Assembly: GCA_051439505.1 (NCBI GenBank)
Contig: JBFRWI010000057.1
Span: forward strand, 1-43,680
Length of the DNA: 43,680 nucleotides
Origin: Hormoscilla sp.
GTDB lineage: Bacteria; Cyanobacteriota; Cyanobacteriia; Cyanobacteriales; Desertifilaceae
Direction: 5' to 3'
Under the pieces are notes generated by a model, which made no database searches, had not been told where the DNA came from, and worked only from the letters and a program-made list of their open reading frames with translations. Position numbers and translations under genes: made by a program. This document shows, piece after piece, positions 10,070 through 17,598 of the stretch. Within the stretch, counting starts at the first letter, position 1. Each line of letters starts with the position of its first letter.

Positions 10070-11567
10070 TGCTCAAACACTCTGGATAAATGTAATCCTT
10101 GAATAATTCTCTATGTCGGCGGAGTTTTTGTAAAGATTTATCTTCGATCTGCCGCACTCTTTCTCGGCTGAGATTAAGGCGATCGCCAACTTTGGCCAGC
10201 GATAACGCTTCCGCATCTTCTAGACCAAAATGCCAGTACAGCACCTCTCTTTGCTCGGGTTTCAGGTTGTCGTTCATCACCTGAAACAGGTCTTCTCTGA
10301 GACAGGACTGCACCAGATCCTCCTCTAGGGAAAAACTTTTGTCTGCCAACACCTCTGCCAGTGATGTCTGTTGGTCATCTAGCACAGACAAATCGAAAGA
10401 TATAATCCGATCCCCCGATTTCAGGTAATCTTGGACTTGCGTGGAAGTTATTTCTAGTTGGGAACCTACTTCAGCATCAGTAGCAGTCCGTCCCAACTGT
10501 TGAGAAAGTTGGCGGTGGGTTTTTTTGATTTTGTTCAACTTTTCCGTAACGTGAATGGGCAGGCGGATGAGACGGGACTGATTGGCGATCGCCCGTGTGA
10601 TCCCCTGACGAATCCACCAGTAGGCGTAGGTGGAAAATTTACAGCCCTTTTCAGGGTTAAACTTTTCTACCGCTCGTATTAAACCAATATTTCCTTCCTG
10701 AATCAAGTCTTGGAACTCCACACCTCGATCTTTATATCGTTTGGCTATCCATACTACTAGCCGAAGGTTAGACTCAACCATTTTATTCTTTGCCTTTCGA
10801 CCTGTGTGGAGGCAATGACGAAACTCTGGCAACGACATCCCAACAGCTGATGCGCATTCACTATCTTCAGTCTCTCTACCTAACTGCTTGCATAATTCTT
10901 CGGCAACCGATTCCAATACCAGTAAATCTTTAATTTTGCGAGCCAGTTGAATCTCCTCGTCCGCCTGCAGCAGGGGTCTGGGCCCTATTTCTTGCAGGTA
11001 AATGCCAATCGAGTCTCGGGGTTCGACCTGTTTAGAGGACTTATCTTCGAGCAATTCAAAGGCGTCGCACTGAACCTTGTAGAGTTCTTGGGGGTCGGAG
11101 GTGACTGCCGCGATCGCTTCTAACCGATGTCTGTCATCGTAAGTAGGATTAGAGATGTCAACCAACCAACTTCTGATTTTAGTTTGGAGATTATACTCAT
11201 CATCCATACTCTGGTCGGCGTTTACCAAGATTAGCTGCTTATAGTCCTTCGTGCCCAGTAGCAAGAACTTCGAGGGACGCTGGCAGATACTTAAGGCGAT
11301 CGCCTTCATCCTCATTTTCGCCTCCGAGTCCGAACTCCACTCAGACGATCGTAACTGGAACAGCAAAACCTGCAACTCACCGCCACCCTGGTCTGCAATC
11401 AAGTAGACATCTTTAACCGATCGCTTGCTGCGTTCTGGTAGTTCCAATTCTTCTACATTCAGCCTTTCTGCTGCGGCATTATAGCCCAGCTTTTGAAACA
11501 AAGCCGCTATCCTATCCTGGTTGTCCGCCCTTTTTATCTTATCATGTGTCAAGTCATATACTTCCAT
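10032..11567 (-). CDS. RpoD/SigA-like (group 2-like) sigma-70 factor with an extra ~170-aa N-terminal domain
   Basis: Region 1.2 DSIGIYLQEIG..PLL; region 2 NLRLVV...DLIQEGNIGLIRAVEKF...KFSTYAYWWIRQ; region 4 LSRERVRQIE. Confidence 0.9.
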   Translation of the reverse strand: MEVYDLTHDKIKRADNQDRIAALFQKLGYNAAAERLNVEELELPERSKRSVKDVYLIADQGGGELQVLLFQLRSSEWSSDSEAKMRMKAIALSICQRPSKFLLLGTKDYKQLILVNADQSMDDEYNLQTKIRSWLVDISNPTYDDRHRLEAIAAVTSDPQELYKVQCDAFELLEDKSSKQVEPRDSIGIYLQEIGPRPLLQADEEIQLARKIKDLLVLESVAEELCKQLGRETEDSECASAVGMSLPEFRHCLHTGRKAKNKMVESNLRLVVWIAKRYKDRGVEFQDLIQEGNIGLIRAVEKFNPEKGCKFSTYAYWWIRQGITRAIANQSRLIRLPIHVTEKLNKIKKTHRQLSQQLGRTATDAEVGSQLEITSTQVQDYLKSGDRIISFDLSVLDDQQTSLAEVLADKSFSLEEDLVQSCLREDLFQVMNDNLKPEQREVLYWHFGLEDAEALSLAKVGDRLNLSRERVRQIEDKSLQKLRRHRELFKDYIYPECLSNGNSRLHRQRSK

Positions 11568-11636
11568 TTATCTGCTAATTTTTCATTGCCTATCTCTGTT
11601 TTAATTTTTCCACTAACCACTAACCACTTTCATTCC

Positions 11637-12683
11637 TCAAACCGCGCCCGAATTTTTCCTAAACAAGATGGCGATCGTCTTAATAATCAGCTTAATATCG
11701 TACATCAGGCTCCAATTTTCTTGATAACGTAGATCCATGGAGATCACATCTTCAAAATCCCGGACTTTCGAGCGGCCATTCACCTGCCACTCCCCAGTCA
11801 TACCAGGTTTAACATCCAAGCGTCGCCACTTAGCTATTTCATAGCGATCGATTTCATCTGGCGTAGGGGGTCTAGTTCCTACCAAACTCATATCCCCTTT
11901 GAGGACATTCCAAAACTGGGGGAACTCATCCAGACTCGTGCGCCGCAAAAACCGACCCACCCGGGTCACTCGTGGGTCATTATCATTCTTAAAAAATGCC
12001 CCTTTAGCTTGATTTTTGACCTTTCCTTTCAGTGCTTCCGCGTTAGGCACCATCGAGCGAAATTTCCAGATCTTAAAACGCCTCCCCATCCAACCACAGC
12101 GGGTTTGGCCAAAGAATATCGGTCCCCTGCTATCCCATTTAATAGCAATAGCAATGGGAACGAACAACACCGCCGTAATCGACAAACCCACCAAAGCGCC
12201 TACAATGTCAATTAAACGTTTCGGGAGCGATCGCACCGACGGATGGGTGACCGGGACTTCTGGGGTAGTGCCCCCAGCCAGCCCGAGAAGTCCCGGAGGT
12301 GCTTGTTTTTCCTTCACCCGTGGAACTGAGGTCGGTATAATCGCCTCAGTTCCAGCATCTACAGTAAACACCGCGTTCAGCCCTGTGAGTTCTAAAGCCA
12401 TCTTTACCTGAGGATGAAGACTCCAGAATACCACATCTGTTTTGTGAGACCTAGCGATTTTCAGACTACTGACCAGCGATCCTATGCCACTGCTGTCAAT
12501 AAAGGTAGTCTTACCGAAATCCAGAACTATTCTTACTGGTGCTGGTTTCTCTTGGCACAATTCCTTAAAGCTGTCCTTGAAGGCCACCGCCTCCAGCACA
12601 GTCAAGTGCTTGGGCAACTGAACTAAGTATATTTCGTTCAATATTGTGACCGGAAAGACAGCGCCAGTCGTTTGACTATCCAT
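11637..12683 (-). CDS. STAS (anti-sigma antagonist) domain fused to a bacterial sugar (priming glycosyl-phosphate) transferase
   Basis: STAS motif LDFGKTTFIDSSGIG; transferase motifs KRLIDIVGA...FKIWKFRSM...DPRVTRVGRFLRRTSLDEFPQFWNVLKGDMSLVGTRP. Confidence 0.92.
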   Translation of the reverse strand: MDSQTTGAVFPVTILNEIYLVQLPKHLTVLEAVAFKDSFKELCQEKPAPVRIVLDFGKTTFIDSSGIGSLVSSLKIARSHKTDVVFWSLHPQVKMALELTGLNAVFTVDAGTEAIIPTSVPRVKEKQAPPGLLGLAGGTTPEVPVTHPSVRSLPKRLIDIVGALVGLSITAVLFVPIAIAIKWDSRGPIFFGQTRCGWMGRRFKIWKFRSMVPNAEALKGKVKNQAKGAFFKNDNDPRVTRVGRFLRRTSLDEFPQFWNVLKGDMSLVGTRPPTPDEIDRYEIAKWRRLDVKPGMTGEWQVNGRSKVRDFEDVISMDLRYQENWSLMYDIKLIIKTIAILFRKNSGAV

Positions 12684-12739
12684 ATATCCCTCAAATTGGC
12701 TTACACATCACTTGACATGCTCCACGTCCTCAGCAGCCG

Positions 12740-13204
12740 TCAATCCCCCCTTGACACCAGGGACATAGGAAGGGAAATCCTCTGGGGTGAAGAGAGGAAC
12801 CTGACCAAATCTCCCGGACACCAAGCAACAGGGAGCCCACAAGCAGCCAGTTGGGCTCCTAGTTCAACTTGACGATCGTCCATATGCTCATTATATGATG
12901 AAGTCCGGGGCACCAATATGTATGGTTTCGCGGTACTATCGAGCAACTTCAGTCCAGCGGCATCACAGTCGCTGATAATCAGACTCGCTCTATCGCTCAG
13001 TTCGGTCAAGCAACTGGCGGTGAGAGCAGTCGCACCGCTCTGGGTACTAGACTCGTACCGCTTGAGCGCCGGTGGTATTTGGGTGCTGTTACCAGATAGC
13101 ACCACTACTTCTTCTTGAATAAACCCGCGAGCAATCAGGGCATCAATCCAGGTCATCAGGCGGTTAAAGGGATACTGTGGGCTACCTTCAGTGGCTATAA
13201 TCAT
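12740..13204 (-). CDS. Glycosyltransferase family 28 C-terminal (PssE/Alg13-like) protein, divergent
   Basis: YPFNRLMTWID...KPYILVPR...EHMDDRQVELG. Confidence 0.7.
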   Translation of the reverse strand: MIIATEGSPQYPFNRLMTWIDALIARGFIQEEVVVLSGNSTQIPPALKRYESSTQSGATALTASCLTELSDRASLIISDCDAAGLKLLDSTAKPYILVPRTSSYNEHMDDRQVELGAQLAACGLPVAWCPGDLVRFLSSPQRISLPMSLVSRGD

Positions 13205-13557
13205 CTGCTGACTTATATAATATCTTCTCGTGTGTTCTCACTATTTATCGGACCATCCCCCAATTCAGCCGTCGCGATCGCCGGAGGGTCGGTCTACATC
13301 CAGTCGAACTACCGAGAGCGTCCAACAGGCGTCAGCCATGCGTTTAGCTAGTGGAGCGGTTCAAGCTATTCTTGTTGCTATACTAGCAGAGTCGGGCGCG
13401 AACGGCTGTACTCCGTTGGGCTAGCGCCGCTGCCCGGACTGCACTGCCGAGCTGAAGCCGCACAAGGTATCTATACCCTTGCCATTTCCGGTAAGTTCGA
13501 TCTACTATCATATCCGATTACCCATTTTTAGCTCAAACTATTCTGACGGAACGCATT

Positions 13558-13881
13558 ATGAGTAAAGTTGTTAAACAGGTTCAACTCTCTGGGATTTTAG
13601 ACAGCACTAAGGCACATCAATTTCGCACCGACATTAATAATATTGTCACAGATGGGGCCGATGTCGTGCTCATCGATCTTAAAGACGTGACCTTTGTCGA
13701 TAGTTCTGGCTTAGGTGCTTTGGTATCAGCTCTGAAAACCGTTCGCTCCGCTGGCGGTAAATTATGCATCTGTTCGATCAACGAACAAGTGAGAATGTTG
13801 TTTGAATTGACCAGTATGGACCGGGTCTTCGAGGTGTTTAATAACCGGGAGGAGTTCGAGCAAAAGGTAGTATCATCGTAA
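13558..13881 (+). CDS. STAS-domain anti-sigma factor antagonist (RsbV/SpoIIAA-like)
   Basis: IDLKDVTFVDSSGLGALVSALK with the phosphoacceptor Ser motif. Confidence 0.93.
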   Translation: MSKVVKQVQLSGILDSTKAHQFRTDINNIVTDGADVVLIDLKDVTFVDSSGLGALVSALKTVRSAGGKLCICSINEQVRMLFELTSMDRVFEVFNNREEFEQKVVSS

Positions 13882-13930
13882 AGCAGCTCGCTCGCAAGAG
13901 GCAATTTCCTCCTACGCTGGCTGCACTCCC

Positions 13931-15070
13931 TCAGACTCCCTCAAAGTTAATTTGCAGTAAAGACAAATCATCATCCAAGGCTTCTTTGGCGCTCAAACTC
14001 TTGATCTGGTTCAATACCCGATCTAGATTATTGCTATCCGTTTGTGGCTGGGATGCCAGTAAATTGGTGAAAGCATCTAGACTCCAAATGCTGCCGTCCG
14101 GCTGACAAATCTCGTAAGCTCCATCGCTGAAAACATAGAGGGTGCTGTTGGCGACAATCGGACATTGATAACAGACATATTCAGCTTCAGGAAACATACC
14201 CACGGGCATACCAGGAGTTTTCAGGCTTTGAACTTGCAAGTCTGGGGTCTGGTTCGGAGAAAGCAAGATGGCTGGTGGATGACCTGCGCTCGCGTAAACC
14301 AGTTGGCGAGCGCTCTGGTTATACACCCCATACCAGATGGTAAAGTATTTATCGGTTTGATCCATCGGAAATTTGTCATTTAATGCCGTCAGAACCCGAT
14401 CGGGTTCTGAGAAATTGACACCATTCAGGGATTGCGATCGCAACACATTCAGCACCGAAACCGATAGCAGGGCCGAGCCCACCCCATGACCGGCAGCATC
14501 CACTACATAAATCGCCAACTCATCGGAGTTTAACCAGTAGTAATCAAAGCAATCCCCTCCCAGCTGCCGCGATGGGATAAACCGGGCATCAATGGTCACC
14601 TTTCCAGTTAAGGGAGAGGGCAGGAGACTGCGGACATACTCAGCCGCCTCGGCCAATTCGGCCTCCATAATTTTCTTGGCGGTTTGTAAATCTTGGTTCA
14701 GCTGGTGCAACCGGAGTCCTGCTCTCACCTTAGCCCTTAACTCATTCATCTCCACAGGCTTAGAGAGAAAATCATCCGCCCCCGTATCCAGCCCTTCCAC
14801 CCGGTCGGATACTCCTTCGCGGGCCGTCAACAGCACAAAAAATGTGGTCGCCAATTCCGGATCCGCCTTAATATGACGACAGACTTCCAGTCCATCCATG
14901 CGAGGCATCATCCAGTCACACAGAATCAGCGCCGGTCTAAGTTCTCGGGCTTGTTGCAGTCCCTCCTCGCCGTTGGCTGCCACCATGACATCATATCCCT
15001 GATTTTTCAGCGATTTAGTCAGCACCAACCTAAACAGCGGATCGTCTTCTATAACCAAAATTTGATACAT
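13931..15070 (-). CDS. Response regulator receiver + SpoIIE/PP2C phosphatase (RsbU/RsbP-like)
   Basis: REC motifs ILVIEDD and CDWMMP; SpoIIE motifs GGDCFDY, DAAGHG, SDG, DDLSL. Confidence 0.93.
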   Translation of the reverse strand: MYQILVIEDDPLFRLVLTKSLKNQGYDVMVAANGEEGLQQARELRPALILCDWMMPRMDGLEVCRHIKADPELATTFFVLLTAREGVSDRVEGLDTGADDFLSKPVEMNELRAKVRAGLRLHQLNQDLQTAKKIMEAELAEAAEYVRSLLPSPLTGKVTIDARFIPSRQLGGDCFDYYWLNSDELAIYVVDAAGHGVGSALLSVSVLNVLRSQSLNGVNFSEPDRVLTALNDKFPMDQTDKYFTIWYGVYNQSARQLVYASAGHPPAILLSPNQTPDLQVQSLKTPGMPVGMFPEAEYVCYQCPIVANSTLYVFSDGAYEICQPDGSIWSLDAFTNLLASQPQTDSNNLDRVLNQIKSLSAKEALDDDLSLLQINFEGV

Positions 15071-15099
15071 GTTACCTATTGTATAAATAAGTTAATTGC

Positions 15100-15128
15100 T
15101 TGACAAAAAAGACGTTCCTCGGTATAAT
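15100..15128 (+). promoter_or_regulatory. Perfect sigma-70 consensus promoter
   Basis: TTGACA (15100-15105), 17-bp spacer, TATAAT (15123-15128). Confidence 0.75.
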
Positions 15129-15384
15129 ATGGCAACAGGCATTGCGTCCAGTACGCTCCTAAGTACCCGCTTTGCCTCGCGCCCCAGCCCGTGACTTAGA
15201 CCTGCTCGGCCACAGCCATAGCGCGATATTTCGATCGCGTGGTTGCTCTTAATGATTCTATGTTATGATCTATTTTATCAATTAAGTCAAAGATCTGCCG
15301 ATTGTCTGGGAAACTCAACTACGCGGAAAATCACGCGATCGCCGATGGGAAAACAGGACAATCAGTCGGCAGCCGTGCTCGGGG

Positions 15385-15852
15385 TTGGAAAAATTGACTA
15401 AGCCAAAAAAAACCCATCTTCAAGTTCCTTCAGACCTAGAGTACAACGCCGAAGTGTTGTCCTGGTTTGATCGGTTGCCTCATGGCACCATTGACAACGA
15501 AACTTGGATCAAGTGTAAAACGGCCTTGGCTGAAGGTTGGACTAACGCTGCTCGCCACGGTCATAAAGATCTCCCTCCGGAGACACCGATAGATATCGAA
15601 GTCGTGATTTTACCTCAATCGATAGAAATTAGGATTTTCGATCGAGGGCCAGGCTTTGATTTCGAGAAAAAGCTCCAAGAGCGCAAAGCTCAAATCAAGC
15701 CAAAAGACGATCTAGGTGGACGCGGTTTGTTGCTGATAGCGAAGATCGCAGATAGGTTAAGTTATACCCGCACGATAGATAACAGAAATTGTCTATCATT
15801 GGTCAAACATTGTCAGATATATCGAGAGGGAACAGATGCAGACTGTCGCTAA
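15385..15852 (+). CDS. Anti-sigma factor Ser/Thr kinase (RsbW/SpoIIAB-like HATPase)
   Basis: ALAEGWTNAARHG, IFDRGPGFD, GGRGLLLI. Confidence 0.9.
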   Translation: MEKLTKPKKTHLQVPSDLEYNAEVLSWFDRLPHGTIDNETWIKCKTALAEGWTNAARHGHKDLPPETPIDIEVVILPQSIEIRIFDRGPGFDFEKKLQERKAQIKPKDDLGGRGLLLIAKIADRLSYTRTIDNRNCLSLVKHCQIYREGTDADCR

Positions 15853-16131
15853 AGTTGGAGAAGAAGGCACGGAGGAAGTTCCACTTTGACGGCAGTAGAG
15901 AGCATTCACGCGACGCCGGGCAAATTCAGAAATGGTGAAGGATACACATTGTTGGTGACAATATTAACCCAATTAACTGGTACCATCGGATGATTTGAGG
16001 CGATCGCCCCATAGTGGCAGAGAAAAAATAGGTATAATTACTCAGTTAGGGGGTCAAACATAAAATTGGTTCATTGCCAGAAGTTCGCTAAGATTGACAA
16101 AGGTTTGTTTCGCCACAATGTGGATATCCTA

Positions 16132-16881
16132 ATGGTGCTGACTACTCTATTGGCTGACTTTCGGATTATATTCGATCGCGACCCGGCGGCTCGTAACTGG
16201 CTAGAAGTTTTATTTTGCTACCCAGGGCTACAGGCCCTAGTATGCCATCGATGGGCCCACTGGCTGCGGAAACTGGAAATTCCCTTCATTCCCCGATTAA
16301 TTTCTCACCTGGCTCGCTTGTTGACCGGCATAGAAATCCACCCCGGGGCCACCATCGGACAGGGAGTTTTTATCGACCACGGCATGGGGGTGGTGATTGG
16401 TGAAACGGCGATCGTGGGAGATTATTGCTTAATTTACCAGGGCGTCACCCTCGGCGGTACGGGAAAGGAATCTGGCAAGCGCCATCCTACCATTGGAGCA
16501 AATGTAGTTGTTGGTGCCGGTGCTAAAGTGCTGGGTAATCTCCAAATTGGCAATAATGTCCGCATAGGCGCCGGTTCTGTGGTCCTGCGAAATGTACCTT
16601 CCGATTGCACGGTGGTGGGCATACCCGGTCGCATTATTTATCGTTCTGGCGTCCGCGTCAATCCCCTGGAACACGGACGCTTGCCGGATGCTGAAGCTGA
16701 GGTGATTCGGACCTTGGTAGACCGGATAGAACAACTCGAACAACAAGTTCAATCTCTGCAACGGCAGCAGTCAGTTGTGATGACAACCGTATCATCACAG
16801 GAAAGCTTAGCCTCGGTTGGCACCAGTTGCCGCTTAGAGGATAAGGCGATTAAAGAGTTTTTAGATAGTTCGCAGTTTTAG
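16132..16881 (+). CDS. cysE: Serine O-acetyltransferase
   Basis: [54 protein letters not shown]; likely start is ATG 16132 or GTG 16135. Confidence 0.96.
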   Translation: MVLTTLLADFRIIFDRDPAARNWLEVLFCYPGLQALVCHRWAHWLRKLEIPFIPRLISHLARLLTGIEIHPGATIGQGVFIDHGMGVVIGETAIVGDYCLIYQGVTLGGTGKESGKRHPTIGANVVVGAGAKVLGNLQIGNNVRIGAGSVVLRNVPSDCTVVGIPGRIIYRSGVRVNPLEHGRLPDAEAEVIRTLVDRIEQLEQQVQSLQRQQSVVMTTVSSQESLASVGTSCRLEDKAIKEFLDSSQF

Positions 16882-17465
16882 GGATTAATCGCCTTGCTAG
16901 ACCAGAGGAGATCCCGATCGCGTAGGTAGATCCATCGCTTGTGGCGATCGCCCATCAACTCCAAGCGATCGACCATAACTGGATCCAGCAACAACAAGCA
17001 AAAATGCTCCTCTGGATCGGCTGGGTCTGCCAGTGAAAAGGCCGTAGCGCCAGCGTCCCCGCCGGCGATGTCTGTACCGGGATGAGGCCAGAGAAATTGC
17101 TGGCGAGCCTTATCGGACAGCTCTTGCCACAAGATCGACCTTGCCGTTTGGAGTTCTGGGTCGGGATGGGCAGCTCCCACAAGCGTCATCTGACCGGCGA
17201 TGCGGAATTGTTCGCGGGTTTCAGTGAAGTACCAGCAAATTTCTCCCCAGGGCTGGCCGTAGATTTGGCCAGCTTTTTCACTCCGGCCATCTGTGACCAT
17301 TTTCAATTGGTTGGTTTCTCCCAAAAAGCCTCGAAAGACGACAGTGCGGTTTGCTGGATGCCCGTCGGTTCTGACGGTGGCCAGTTGGAAGTAACGGGAA
17401 TGAGGTTGGTGGCGATCGCGTTCGATCGCGCAGTCTAACGGTTCGCGCCAGCTAGCAATAGGCAT
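16878..17465 (-). CDS. FMN-dependent pyridoxamine 5'-phosphate oxidase-like flavoprotein
   Basis: [23 protein letters not shown]...TDGRSEK...[13 protein letters not shown]. Confidence 0.9.
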   Translation of the reverse strand: MPIASWREPLDCAIERDRHQPHSRYFQLATVRTDGHPANRTVVFRGFLGETNQLKMVTDGRSEKAGQIYGQPWGEICWYFTETREQFRIAGQMTLVGAAHPDPELQTARSILWQELSDKARQQFLWPHPGTDIAGGDAGATAFSLADPADPEEHFCLLLLDPVMVDRLELMGDRHKRWIYLRDRDLLWSSKAINP

Positions 17466-17483
17466 AGTAGGAAAACAACGATT

Positions 17484-17499
17484 ACGCTATATATAGTGC
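17484..17499. promoter_or_regulatory. NrdR box upstream of nrdJ
   Basis: ACGCTATATATAGTGC matches the ACACWATATATWGTGT consensus at 14/16 positions; a weaker candidate (CCACTAGATG...) lies 42 bp downstream. Confidence 0.65.
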
Positions 17500-17598
17500 A
17501 GCCAGGGAATATTATCCAGCTTTGACCACTAGATGCAAGATAGTCTATACTCATTAATCTGACGCAAACGAGCAAACGTAAGAGGAAAACTGCACGCT

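Noticed and set aside
10032..11567. Primary housekeeping sigA/rpoD
   Set aside because: Divergent regions 3-4, an atypical N-terminus and an accessory gene context; no gene symbol assigned.
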